From assembly GCA_051294375.1 (NCBI GenBank), contig CM119264.1, forward strand, positions 22,386,709 to 22,450,708: a stretch of 64,000 nucleotides of DNA, in the 5' to 3' direction. This DNA is from Paraspadella gotoi. Taxonomy: Eukaryota > Animalia > Chaetognatha. How positions within the stretch are numbered: the first letter of the stretch is position 1; each line of letters opens with the position of its first letter. This document shows, in pieces, positions 37,873 to 51,916 of this stretch. The notes under the pieces are model-generated. The model made no database searches and was not told the DNA's origin. It saw only the letters and a list, made by a program, of their open reading frames with translations. The position numbers and the translations under genes are program-made.

Positions 37873-39300
37873 GTTGGAAAAATTTCAGTCTAGATCCACT
37901 CGAATGCCTGGTTCTTCCCAGGTCGAGAATTCTAAACCGCAATCCCGGTTTCCATAGTTCCTATATGTTCTTGGAAATCCGCATTTTTTTACACGTTCAT
38001 CGACGGTGCCGCCAAGCGACCAGAAACATTACTTGATTGAAATAACGAAAGCAGATAGGGATTTACAGTTATGATATATGAGTAATTGACAATGCAGCGC
38101 CACCTGAGAGCTATATTTCGCGAACGCATCAAACAGGTGTAATGACTCATGCGTTGGGAAGGCCCATAATACGTCCACAGCTAGCTCCACAAATGACGGC
38201 TGTGGGGCAGCCAGTCATCAACGACAGCCCGATAAGCAGGTTAGGCAATTGTCAGAACATTTTGGGCGAATATAATACAATAATATAACATGTAATTTTA
38301 AAGTTTAAAAAAGGAAGCGAAAGATAAATTGAATAAGACAACTGGGGCCGGTCAATTCTCGATGGTTTTTTTTGTGATATATAATATATAATACACTTTA
38401 CTTTACTTTACACAACTTAAATTTGATGTTTTAATATTGATATTCGCAAAAACTGTTAAAATCACCATATGATGATCATGATAATGATCTTCTTTTAACG
38501 GTTTTGAGCGCACACATAAGGCGGAATAGGTGCGCAAAGCGAAAGGTGAGACGCGAGCGGACGATGGTAGGCTTTGCGGTCTTGTCTCGAGTGAAATAAA
38601 TTGGGGGATAGTCGTTCAGGCCAACTTGGCGAAAAAGTTAAAAGCGAGCTCAAGAAGAAATAAATAGACTTAGGAATGTTCGAATTTATTTTCTCAAAAA
38701 CGTTCGAGGCTCTATTCTGTCTTCAGTTACGGAAAATACGCTCTGGCCGCCGCTATTGCCATGCCATCGTCACTTCAAGTGTTGGTCATCCTTGGCTCCG
38801 TCATCGGCACCAGACCTTTGGCATCAGCGGTCCGGAGGCCGGTCCAACCTCGGCGGCTCTTGCTCTTCTTGTTCTGCTGCTGTTTTCGTTTCTGTCCATC
38901 GGAAGATCGCAGTCGCAAAGAGTTTCAGTCGGAAATTCCACTTAAGACTTTTAAAGTTTACATAAAATTTTGCATTTTCACACAAAAATCAAATGGCGAA
39001 TGACGTAGCGTAGCCTGATAGGTGTACAGTCTTGTCTTGTTTCGGACGATGTGTTTTTTAATATAACATTGGCTTTCTTTCTTAAATCGTTTAATTTTCC
39101 GATACCAGTACTATAATTTAAAACCCTATATAATTATTTTAATCTAAATCTAGGATGTATCAAATTAGGATTTGGCCTGTAAAGAGCATTAATGAATGTC
39201 GAAAATTAAAAAGTGGGGCTTTTTTGCTTTGGTCGCTTCATGTTTAAGATTTATCTGTATTGCTGAATTTTTCATGTCATAGGGAAAAAAAGCTTTTTCG
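37873..39300 (+). repeat. Insertion-rich copy of 7339-8707, including a frameshifted copy of the 106-aa gene
   Basis: Collinear with 7339-8707. Differences are dominated by single-base insertions. Confidence 0.92.
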
Positions 39301-39390
39301 TCTCGCCACCATTTGGAAATGTAACTTTACATATACTCTCTCTCTCTTCTCTCTCTCTCTCCTCTCGTCTCTCTCTCTCTCTCTCCTCTC

Positions 39391-39424
<34 letters not shown>

Positions 39425-40691
39425 CCTCTACCCCTCCTCTCGCCTTTGATTGGTCTTCCCATCACGGACGCTTCCAAATAAGAAAAGTTCAAGAGTTCAA
39501 ACCTTTTCTCCGCGTCAACGAATCTTGTTTTGCTCCCCTCGTCCCATCGAGGAGCCGAAGAGGCCTAAATTTTTGAGGGAAAAGAGGAGTGGAATTTAGC
39601 TCCTGACTGGAGCAATGTTGTTTAAACAACGCTGAATTTAGATTTCGAATGGGTCTGCATAAATATATATTTAATTTTACTTGACTGACAATTAATTTTT
39701 TGGGTTCGATCAAAAAAATATGTACTATGTCCCCGCACTGATAATGTTTTTACTAATTTTGTAACCAACCTGTAACTAAAAATTACGCAGAATAAAAAAG
39801 TCTATCTCTACACTTTGAAGGAAATAAGTATACTAATGAAATAAATCGAGATTGCAAAGAGCCAGTTCACTTTTTTTTGAGAGCGATGATAAAGCTTGAC
39901 GATTTAAATGACAATGACAAATGACGATAATATAAGACAAAAGGCTGAGCAATTCGGCCAGAAATGAACTAAGAACATGAAAAAGACGAGTCACGAAACC
40001 GGTCGATGCCATCTCAGACCACCACGAACGTTCCTATCTCTCATCTCAGCCACTCCAATCCTCGCTGACTAAATTGCCATTGTTGATGCCATCAAATCCA
40101 ATCAGCGAGTCGTCGTCGTCGTCGTGTCGCTCAGTCGTCGGCGGTCGTCCGTTCCTTCATCAGAAGCCGTAAATACCGGCGTTTCTTTTAGCCTTCGTCC
40201 ATGCTCAACTCCCCTCAGTCCCTTCTTCCTGTCATCCGTTCCGATCCCGCGGTACCCCGGTCCTTAGTCCCAGCGAAATCGCAACTCAGCCGTGCAATCC
40301 GCAACCCCTTTCGCGTCCCTCCCGCACGCCCGGCAGCTTTAAACGACTCCCCCTCTCAATCGCAGTCCCCCTCCCCCACCGCCAGCTCTAGAAAAGACGC
40401 CGTTCTCAGCGCCCTCGCTTCGGTCGTCGGCCATTAGAAAAGGCAAATGGGCCTTTCTGCTCGAATAATCCCGTTAACGCTCTCCTGCATTACAGACCGG
40501 TGGCTCGTGGGGGTCGACGACGACGAGGCGACGAAACGACGGCGACCGATAACAATAACAACGGAGCGATGATAAAAAGCAGAAACGAACTTGGAAGAAA
40601 TCGAGGGTCTTCGGATGGAGAAGAGAATCCTGATTTGGATTACGTCGTCGAAAACTAAACTCTGGAGAACGTTACGCGGAGAGAGGGAAGG

Positions 40692-40750
<59 letters not shown>

Positions 40751-41162
40751 AGGAGAGCGAGAGATGAGAGAGAGAGAGACAGAGACAAAAAAGACAGAGA
40801 AAAAGAAGACAAAGAGAGAAAACATTTGTTCTCAAAATCGGAAAGAAAAAGAAACTTTAGAGCTTAAGTCGCTTTCAAGACTATCGAGGCAGGAAAGGTC
40901 GGCAAAGTGTTTTGTGAGGCGCTGAAGCGTTGCTCGCATTGGCAGCGTCTGACGTCAAGGGCGGAAGCAGGCCAGTGGCGGTCGGAGGCTACGCCGGTGG
41001 CGGCGTTAGCGGAGGTGGCAGCGGCGGGAATCAGAAAAAGATCGGCGCAGTCAGAACGTAGATGCAAAGATGCGGGTTCAATTCCGCTGCCGAACTCAAG
41101 GTCGACTCGCGAAGACTCGAATGCAAATTCGATGTTTCATTCCATTCTCGCATGTTTCGGAG

Positions 41163-41210
<48 letters not shown>

Positions 41211-42040
41211 GAGAGAGAGAGAGAGAGAAGAGAGAGAGAGACGACTGAGGCCATTAATGCATAAACGACCTCGGTGGAGATTCAGAAAACTCGCCAAACA
41301 ATTTTTTCTTTTCGACGAGTTGCGAAGGGTTTTTATGGGCTCGTTTCTACTGTAGTTGATTTTAACTTAACGGTGCTTGCGTTAAAAACGTTTTTTGCAT
41401 TTACTCTTTCTCTCCTCACTCTCTCTCTCTCTTTCTCCCTTTATCTCTCTCTTTCTCTCTGCTCTCTCTCATCTCTCTCTCTCTCTCTCTCTCTCTCCTG
41501 CTCTCTAGACTTTAACCTTTTCCAATTCAACCTCTATTTCCGTCCTCCCATTTCCGCTTACTGCCATTTCCGCTTCTCTCCCTCCTTCGCCTTCACTTTT
41601 TTGTTTTGAAACCCCTCATGATGAAGGCGCCCCTTCTCTCGCCCCCGCGGAAAATGAGAGGTTAACGAAGGACTCGAAGGTCTCTCTCTCCCTTCTTTCT
41701 TTCTATCATCTCTCTTTCTCTCTCTTTCTATTTATCTCTCTTTTTCTTTTCTCTCTCTCTCTCTCTCTTCCTCATCTCTCTCTCTCCGTCTCTCTCTCTC
41801 TCGTCTCTGCTCTCTCCCTCTCTCTCTCTCCTCGTCTCCTTCTCGCGCGCTGGCCGCACACGCGCGCCGCGACGTGTATGGGCAAAACTGCCCCGAATAA
41901 GAGAAAAAACAAAAAGTCTCAAAACCTCAATTCTCCATGCGAGGCTTAGGCGGGGATTTGGGGCGGAAATCTCGTTTGAACGAGCTTTTATTTATCGGTC
42001 ATTCCAATATCGAGAAGAGATGGAAGAAGAGAGGAACGGA

Positions 42041-42085
<45 letters not shown>

Positions 42086-42102
42086 GAGAGAGAACGAGAG
42101 AG

Positions 42103-42133
<31 letters not shown>

Positions 42134-42293
42134 AGAGCGAGGAGAGGAGAGGAGCATCGATTTCGGTGGAACCCCACCACAGTCCTCTTCCGCCCAAAAA
42201 AATAATTTAAAATAACTTTTTTTTGAACAGGTAAAGAGATTAAGAGTTTATGTCTCAACGACCTCAAATGGAACGTTCAAAATGGAGACGGTC

Positions 42294-42352
<59 letters not shown>

Positions 42353-45300
42353 GAAGTAGCATTATCGTCCATTTCCGTTTCTTTTTTTTTCTCTCTCTCT
42401 CCCTCGGTGCGCCAATTTCCTTCCTCGACGACGTAAATCATATCAGGTAACTGATTGGGAGGTCAAAAGGACCGCCCCACTTCAATTTAACCATTTTTTT
42501 TTCTTCGTCCCTTAATCCGATGCCGACGATTTACGATGACGACGACGAAGACGACGACGACGACAAGGAAGAGACTGAATACGGAAAGGTTATGACTCGC
42601 GTCGTCTAATGTAGTCTATTGTTTTGTGAAGAACAAAACAGCAACAACAAACAAAGTTACACGCAGAATAAAAGAAAAAACAAAGCTGAGATAAAGAATC
42701 GAGCAATCAGAACCCATTGACGACGGCTGGAAAACAACAAACAATTCACAAAACAACAACAAACTTCCGCGAAGTCCAAATTGACCAATTGACGTCTCCC
42801 TGTCTACGTTCCAGCCCCTGTCGAGGCGACGATTCCCGACCAATGACTGGCGTTGTGAAGAATATAAATTGATCCAATAGAGGCCGAGAAAGAGAAGCGA
42901 CAGTCTAGAGCCGGACACCTCTTCCGCCTTTGAGAGATGAGGTTGCGAGGTGAAATTGTCGAAGCGAAGAGAGTTTTTTCGCCGATCGGAGATTGGCCGC
43001 TAGGCGCCTCTGCCCCCCTGTATCATCCTGCCGTCGAACCGCTCACGGTAACGAAAAGTTGGCGACCGCACCGCCGGGTTTTTCGCGTCGCGGAACCAGG
43101 AGTTGAGAGGCTGTATCGGGAATCGAATCCAAAGACTGACCCTCAAGTCTCGAATCCTTTTTTTTTTTTTTTTTTTTTTAAATTTGAGCAATCTCCGTTT
43201 TTCGAAGCGAATACGATGCCTGACCTTTCCGCCGTTAGCGCTGTTTCGGCTGGTGGTTTAACTTATAGAACTGTCTCGGTTTTTAACCTCCTAGTAAGAG
43301 ATGACAGAAAAAAATCAAATCACATTATAAATATTTTTAATTTTAATTTCATTTAAAAGTCAAAAATAAAGATTTAAGAGACCCTCCCATTTTGAAGACA
43401 TGTCACTTTCGTTTCGATTAGGTTCCATGTTTCCGAGTCGCCAAGTTTTTCTTCCCTCGCCCAACGAAAAACCCTTTTTTTTTTCTCGTCTCCAACGAGG
43501 CCCTAAAACTCTGCTACTTCTCTATTTCGTTCATATTCCTCACGCCCCGCACAAGTGTTTTCAGAGTTCCAACTTTATTTTCTATTCTCCCAGACCCCAC
43601 ATCCTTGCCCATTCCCTCCCCTCCTCTTCACCTTCCTGCCTCCGCCTCCACCAAAAACAATCTGACGAGAAAGGGTAACATGGAGGAAGCGTGTCAACCC
43701 GCGCGAATCCATTAAGGAAGAAATTAATGAACTGGCATGACTTGCTGGCCTGATGAGGCGTCGGCGACCCTTCCGGGGGAGAAAGCGGGGGGGGAGGAGA
43801 GAGAGAGAGAGAGAGAGAGAGAAGAGAGAGAGAGGAGAGAGAGGGGAAGAGAAAAGGGAGGAAGGAAAGAGGAGAGGGAGAAAAAAATAAATCACAAAAG
43901 GAAAAGAGAGAGGGAAGAAAGAGAGAAAGGGAGAGAGATATGAGAGAGAATAGCAAGGAATAAAAGCAGTAGGTTGGGTAGAAGCAACTCAGATAGATAG
44001 AGGAGTAGTCGAGGGATAATAAAAGTTAAATATAGTCAAAAGAAAGAGAAGACTGATAAGTAGATAGGGTTTTCTTTCACAGACTTTTAATTAACCAATA
44101 ATAAAAAAAATACATAATAATGAGCGAATAACCAGTACAGCTAGCTAAAATAATAATACTACGTATTGGAAGGTACCTACTAAAATAAATATAAGCACAA
44201 TTTCTTATAACTCAATAATAAGTGAGTGCCGAAAGCACACGCGCAGCCGAGAAAGCAAGGGTCCAACAGAAGCAATTTGTGGGCCTGATCGATTATTAAA
44301 GTTTATCGCGAAAATGTTCTTCTAGAAAATCCACTTTAATGCACCGGGTCCTTGCTTGAGTTCTCCTCTTGGATGTCGTTTGTTTTTTCTTTCCAATCGT
44401 TGCATCTGGTCTGTAATCTCGCTTGCATATGAAATATTATATTCTCTCATCATTATATTTTATTATAGTATGAGTTTATCATATGGTCATTATATATATA
44501 TATAATTGTGTTGGGTGTTATATATTGGTATTTACATGGCTTGCATCAAAAAATAAAAATTAAGTAGTGATAATGTTGAGTCTGCCTAGGATATGGCTCT
44601 GGTGCCGACTAATATTGGCTACATAGTATACTTGTGAGAAAATTTGAATAACACATAATGGTGGAGATGCTAGGAGAGTTCCTACTTGGTGAAAGAAGAA
44701 AAGCACGCATGAGAGAGACGAGAGTAAGCGAGACGAGAGAGATTTGCTCATGTCTCCATTGCTTACTAATTTCTTTTATTTTGTAACCCGAGCTCGCTCT
44801 CAGCTCTAATCCTATGCTAGTAATCTACCCATGCATCGACTGCGACGATAGAGAGAGAAGAGAGAGGAGTAGAGTAAGAGAGAGAGAATAAAATTGGGTG
44901 AAAAAAGTTCTGTCTCCTACGAGACTCGGCTGATCTGATTGAAGTTGAAGGGGCAGGCCGGGACACCCTGAACCGAGAGGAAGGATGTTTGTGAGTCGTT
45001 AATTGCGTGAGTGGGGGGTGGAAAGGTGAGTCAGTGGAGGTAAGGTAAAGGGGAGAGAGAAGAGAGAAGGTAACGCAGAAAAGTGATGGGAGATAGGTAG
45101 AAAACTTTGTTGAATTCAACTTGGAGAACGAAGTGGAGACAAAACGTGTGAGTGAAGAAAATATAAAGGTGAGTTTTGGGGGTTGGGAGATATAAGAAAA
45201 ATGAAACTTAAAGCTTTGCAGAAAACCTGTTATGTTATTATCTTGCAAGTGTGATGGAGGCCTAAACCACCAAAGCCTGTCCAAAGTCAGGGACAAGATA

Positions 45301-47670
45301 GCTTATTTATTAAATGGTATGGATAAGTTTTTATATTGGTTGTACCAATTTCATAGATATAAAAAAGTGAAAAAAATTAAAAAGACAAATTACTAAGATT
45401 ATATCTGACGAAGTTTGTGAAGTTAGACCTCTATTATCTGCAGTTTAAACAAATTTAATATTTTAATACATTCGCAAACGCAGGTGGATATGACGCAATC
45501 AGCCGTCGAGGCGAGGCGCCAAGGTCTGGCAGCCAATCGAGCGCGAGTTCCTCCAGCCCAATCAGGACGCGGCTTGGCACAACGCACTCTGCTCTCGGCC
45601 CTCTGCATGCAGCGGTGAAACTTAATCAACAAAGGACCAGCCCTCTCTCTCGCGTATTACGCAGACGATCGCCGCCGTAGCTCTGCTCCTCCTCCCGACT
45701 TTTCTCGCCCGGAGAGGGTTGTCGCGACTCATCAGGCCAGCAGTCATGCCAGCAAATTCTATTATTTCTGATATGTCAACTTAATGGATTCGGGCGCCCC
45801 GGTTGACCACGCTTCTTCCTGCTTATTCTCTTTCTCGTCGAGATTGTTTTGGTGAGGGGGAGGACAGGCGTAGGGGGGGGGAAGAGGTAGGGGAGGGAAG
45901 GGAATGAGGGGGGGGTGGAGAGAATAGAAGAATAAAGTTGGAGTCTGAAACACTGTGCGGCCGTGGGAATATGAACGAAATAGAGTAAGCAGAGTTTTAT
46001 GCACTCGTGGAGACGAGAAAAAAAAGGGTTTCGTTTGGCGAGGGAGAAACTTGGCGACTCGGGAAACATGGACTCATCGATACGAAATGACATTGTCGCT
46101 TGCAACATATGGGAGGTCTGCCTTTAAAATCTTTATTTGACTTGTTACATGAAATAAATATTAAAAATTTATTAAATTTGATCTTTTTTCTGGTCATCTC
46201 TTACTAGACGGTTTAAAAAAAAACCTCCGATGGACAGCTAAAGTTAAAGCCAAAGCCAAACAGCGCTAACGGCGGAAAAGGTCGCAGGCATCGTATTCGC
46301 TCGAAAACCGAGATTGTCTCAGTATATAAATAAGCAAAAAAAAAAAAAAAAAAAGCAAGGATTCGAGATGAGTGGTCCAGTCCTTGGATTCGAGTTCCGC
46401 ATAAGGCCTCTCAACTCGCGGTCGCGACGCGAAAAACCCGGGGTGCGTCGCAATTTCGTTGACGGTGACCGGCAGAAGAGGGGGGGGCAGAGGCGCTGCG
46501 GCCAAATCTCCGATCGCGAAACCCTCGCACCTCATACTCTCAAAGCGAGAGTGTCCGGGCTCTGACGTCGCTCTGCTTTCTTCGGCCTCTTATTGTCAGA
46601 AGTTTATTTCCTTCACAACGCCAAGTCATTGTCGGTAAACCGTCCGCCTTCGACAGGGTGAAGTAAGACAAGGAGACGTCAATTTGGTCAATTTGACTCG
46701 GAATTGCTTGTTGTTTTTGCGTGGTAATTGTTTTGTCTTTTTTCAGCGCTTCAATGGGTGTTGATTCGCGATTTTCTTTTCATCTCAGCTTTGTTTTTTT
46801 TATTCTCAGGGGTGTTAACTTTTGTTCTTGTTGTTGCTCGTTTTTGTTGTTCTTCACATAACTACAATAAAGAGACTACATTAGGACGACGCGATGTTCA
46901 TAACCTCTCTCGTATCTTAGTCTTCTTCCTTGTCACTGTCGTCGTCGTCGTCGTCGTCATCGTAAAATCGTCGGCATCGGATTAAGAGACTCGAGAAAAA
47001 AAAATGTTAATTGAAGTGGGCGGGCCCTTTTGCCTCCCAATCAGTTACCTGTATGATTTACCGCTGTGGGGAAGGAGATTGGCGACGCGAGGGAGAGAGA
47101 GAGAAAAAAACAGAAACGGAAATTGCGTACGCATTAATTGTTCTTCTCGTCGATTCTCTCTCTCTCTCTCATGCTCTCTGCTCTCTCTTCTGCTGCCTCT
47201 TCTCTCTCTCTCTCTCTCTCTCTCTGACCGTCCTCCATTTGAAATGTTCCATTTGAGGTCGTTGAGACATAAACTTTACATCTCTTTTAACCTGTTCGAA
47301 AACACGAGTATTTTACTTTTTTCTTGGAAGAGGTACTGGTGGGGAGTTCTCATTTCGCGCAAATTCGATCTTGCCTCTCTCTGCCCCTCTCGTTCTCTCT
47401 AGCGCTCCATTGCTCCCTCCATCTCTTGTCTCTCCTCATCTCAACTCTCTCTCCCTCTCTCTCGTCTCTCTCTTCTTCTTCTCCTCTCTTCTCTCCTCTC
47501 TCCTCATCTCCTCCTCTTCCGGTCTTCTTCTCTTCTCTTCTCCGTCCTCTCTCTCCTCCGCTTCCCGTAATTCTTCTCGGGTCAGTCCCATCTCCTCGCA
47601 TCCGTCTCTCGCCTCCTCATCTCCGTTCCCCTCCGCTCGTGCTACTCCGTTCTCCTCTCTCTCTTTTTCT
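39301..47670 (-). repeat. Right arm of the ~8.5-kb inverted duplication
   Basis: Reverse complement of 9860-18345. Ends at the 25-N gap 47671-47695. Confidence 0.93.
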
Positions 47671-50600
47671 NNNNNNNNNNNNNNNNNNNNNNNNNATCTC
47701 TCTTCTCTCTTCTTCTCTCTCTCTACTCTCCTCTCTTCTTTTTTTTTTCCCCTTTTTTTTTCTCATCCCCTTTTTTTTATCTTTTCTCAATCAGGATTCC
47801 AATCAAGGGAATCCCAGTCTGCGTTACCCGTCCATCAAAGTTGGTTGAATAAAAGAAACATTCTTTTTCTCACTCGCCGGTCTCCGCTTCTCGCCTGGCT
47901 TCTCTTCTCTCTCTCTTCTCTTCTCTCCCTCAGAATTTTATCAACACGATTTTCTCCAGATTTCTGAAAATTTCTTTAGATTATTTTCCCATGCTCATCA
48001 GGACACACAAGCAGAAGAAACTCTGGAGGAGAGGAGTGGGAAAGAGAAGAGAGGAGAGAGAGAGGAAAGAAGAGAGCAAGACGAGAGAGGAGAGGAAGAG
48101 AAGAGAGGAGAGAGAGAATGAAGAAAAGAGCGAAAGAGAACAGAAGAGAGAGAGAGAGAGAGCAGCAGAAAGATAGAGAGCCGGAGAGAGACGACGGAGG
48201 AGAGAGAAAGAGAGAGAGAGAGATCCTTCTCTCCCATTCAAGATTTGTTGTCGCAATCATTGGCCAGCAAAGCATTTGCGTTTGCGTTTTTTCCCCTTTC
48301 GTCAGTCCATTGCAAAGAGTTACGTCTTCACTACCACAATTACATAGTCTTCTTCTTTTTTTAACTTTTCTTCCATCCTCCCCTTATTTTCCCCCCTCCG
48401 CCTCCCCCCTCCCGTCTCTCCTACTTCCCCCTTTTTCTCTCTCCTCGTTTTTCTGTGTTTTCGATTTATGCTGACTGGTCATTCGATTAGAATTTATTGG
48501 CCATGTTCGCGACCCGATGACCCCAAACAAACTTGAGTAGCTTTGGATTCCACCTTCCGAGAGCAGAGAGAGAGAGAGAGAGAGCTAGAGAGAGAGGAGA
48601 GAGAGAAGAGCAGAGCAGAAGAGATGAGAGAGAGCAGAGAGATGAGAGAGAGAGAGAGGGAAGGAGAGATAGTAGAGAGGAGACAAAGCCGATTGTTGAA
48701 GAGGGAGAAGGGGAAGAGGGGATGTAGCTAATGACGGTAGAGAGAAAATAACCTTAACAGCAAACAAATGAAATAAGTTAAAAAAAGATTTAACTACGAT
48801 TTATTATACGAACTTGGCCAATGGCCAAAAGCGGCCAGCTGCACCTTTTAGCACAAATAATAATTCGCGTAGGGAATTTTGGCAATTAAAATTGAAAGAC
48901 GGCAGAAGTAGCGCTGGTTGGATGGTTGGTTGAAAAGCTGTCGTTGGAAATTGAAGAATGGACAAGAAATTTGGAAAGAAATGAGGCCGGGGTAAAAAAA
49001 TAAAAATTCACATTGAAATAAAAAGGATGAGCATTTGTTTGTGGGGCTAGAAAAACTTTAGTGAAAACACTATTCCTAAGAAAGTTTCATGTGAAATATT
49101 GTTTAAGTTGGATTAAATAGATAAAGTTAAATACAAAAATAAATCAAGTTACATGATATGGTTGCGAGCAAGTGTCTGTTGCTTGAATTAATTTTGATGT
49201 TCCAACAAATAATGGAATAACAACAAATAAAGAAATAATGAAGTTAAAGTGGAAAAAAATGCTTTAAAAATTATGAATGGTGAAAATTGCTTAAAAATGG
49301 TAGTTAAATGAAAGCAGCGCCAGTGTGTGCGGAACGAAGAAGCGGGAAAAAGTGACGTTGGGTAAGTTGAGACGAGTAATGAAGCGGCAAAGGGTGAATG
49401 GTAGAGAGGAGAGAGATGAGAGAGAGAGAGCAGAGATGAAGATGAGAGAGACGGAGAGAGAGAGATGAGAGAGAGAGAGAACAAAATTTGGGTCGAAACA
49501 CCGAAGGTGTAGACTGACGGAAATCTCATTTTGAAAAAAAAAAGTTTTATGAATGGCTCGTCATGACGGGAGACCACGGAAAATTATCATAAATTACGCG
49601 GCTTTATCGGAAAGCAGTTAAACCAAATTGGATATCAGAACTGGAGAGGAAAATGGAAAGGAAGGAAAGGAAGCGTAGCAGAAAGAAAGTGCGAAAATGA
49701 TTGAAAAGAAAAGCGACTGAAAAGAAAAAAATATGGTTTTAGAGCGAAAAAAAGAATGAAAAAAAAGGAAAAAAGAAAGATATTATTGAAAAAGGAGGAA
49801 TAAATGGAGGAAAGGAAGAAGGAAAATTCTCGAAAGACCACAGGAATAGAAGAGTGGGGAGTAGAAGTGGGCATACGCAAAAGGCTTCTGCTGGCAGTTG
49901 TTCTCCCAAATAAAAAAAACATTAACACATCGATTAGCTCAATTGAAGCTCAATGAGCAAGTCAATCTGAATCTTTTAAGATTTATTAACACAAGTTTTA
50001 CGTATTCGAGTTTCAAATTTAGAGAAACGGAAGTTACAATTAGGTTAAAAATTTCTAAAGATACATTTACATCAATTTTTTCACCATCGATAAAAAACTT
50101 TTTTAAAAAAATCAAGTAAACGGACAAAAGAATAGACGTAGATCGACGCCAAACCGATCGCTCAACGTCGCCCTCGTGCGCGCAGCCGGCGTTCGACGTT
50201 CGCATTCGCATTCGCGACGCGACTGACGGATTGACGGACTGACCCAACGGATGCCACATTAACTTCTCGTCATCCCGACCCTCGCTTCTTCTTCCCCTTC
50301 CTCCTCCTCCTCCTTCTCCTCCTCCTCTGATCCCCCAAAAATTAGAAAACCCGACGTTTTGACCGAAATCGCTCCGGTTACTTCTTTTTTTTCTTTTTTT
50401 TTCTTTTTTTTCGCAGAGGGAGAGAGGTTATGGAGAGCAGAGTGAGAGAGAGGTGAGAGAAGATAAGCATAAAGGCGTGGTGTAGCGAGAATGAAGTTTA
50501 AAGGAGTTAGGGTGAGGAAGAAAAACCTATTTTCCTCCCTCGGTGACTCGTCGCCGTCCAATTTTCACTCAACCACCCGGACGGACTTTTTTTCCATCGC

Positions 50601-50769
50601 AGCTTACCAATTTCCCGTTCTTTCACTGCTTTAATTTAAGACGGTCACGGTTTTCTAAAGGGGATAGGCAATATTGAGACGGGTCTTTTTTCTATATTCT
50701 CATTCAGTTCTCCTTCTCGCCTTTATTTCCCCCGACGAAATTTAGCCGGCGTTCTAAAAACGCGATATG

Positions 50770-51300
50770 CTATCACCCATACCCATTTCACTACCTTATT
50801 TTCCCGCTACTGTAAACTCTGCGTTGATGGAGGAACATACTACATCACCAAAAGATATTCTCCGTCTTCTCCTCCATCTTTGCAAAAACAGCATTCCATC
50901 CTTCTTTCTTCCCCCATCTCTTTCCCCATCGCCCCACCATTATTCCCCCTACGGGGAGACCTCACCATCGGTTCCATTTCTTAGATTATTGAGTCCGCCG
51001 CCTAGAAGCAATTTTCTTCCCAATTTTTCGGTGTGATCTTCAAGACGTGTATAAGCCCCCTGTAAACATCTAATATTATGGTTGCCCTCGTCGCCGCCGC
51101 CGCCTCCGCCTGTCTCAGCAGCGACGTGACAACGCAAGCCGCCGTTGCTGCTGACGACGCTCCGAAATCGCCGCCGTAGAGAGCACAAGGAGGGAAAAAA
51201 CTACGCGGAAAAGACGCAGAAACTCGACCGTGAACGAATTTGGCGAAATTTCGATGAAAAACTCTGTTTGCCGAGAGCAGGTTTGGTCGTCAGCGCGGTG
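50770..51300 (+). other. Possible exon of an unidentified gene (Ser/Pro/Ala-rich, basic KRRR patch)
   Basis: GC-rich block with short open frames such as KTTRKRRRNSTVNEFGEISMKNSVCREQVWSSAR*. No continuous frame or recognised family. Confidence 0.2.
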
Positions 51301-51916
51301 AAAGGCTCAGAGGTCTTGATATCAATGGGATATATATTTTGAAAACGATTTTTTTTTTGGCAATGCCAATTTTTTTAAAGTTTTTTGGCTAAGACTTACG
51401 TCCCGTGGTTTCTGTTTTTGCGATGTCGTTCTTTCTCGAAAATTACGCAACAAAAAGACGCTCGTAGGATTGCATTGATTAGCAGATATTGATTTTTATC
51501 ATTGATCGATTAAAATATATTAAGAGAATCAGAATATTAATATATTGTATACATATTATAATATTATATATAATTATAGTATTTCATGTATTCCCGATAT
51601 AATTTTAAATGAGAGTAGGTCCTTCTATGTTATTTTCTTAGGGTATGAAGTATAGCCTGTCAAAAGTTCATGGCGTAGATTGATTGTTTATTGAATTTAT
51701 TTGATTTTTATTATTAGCGTTTTTCCCAATTTAATAGGAAACGCGTTTACTCGATTACATTTTATTTGTTCCATGAAGGCAAAAAAGATTAATTTTTTTT
51801 TTAAATTTTAAAAGTTAATACATATTCGTTTTTGCTCTTTACGTTAAATTGAAATTGGCCTTGAGCGTTTTTCAAAAGCGTATCATAGTTTTTAAATTTT
51901 TGAATGGAGTTATTTT

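Noticed and set aside
38092-38925. Pseudogene paralogue of the 106-aa gene
   Set aside because: The differences are mostly insertions spread across exons, intron and flanks, as expected of read error.
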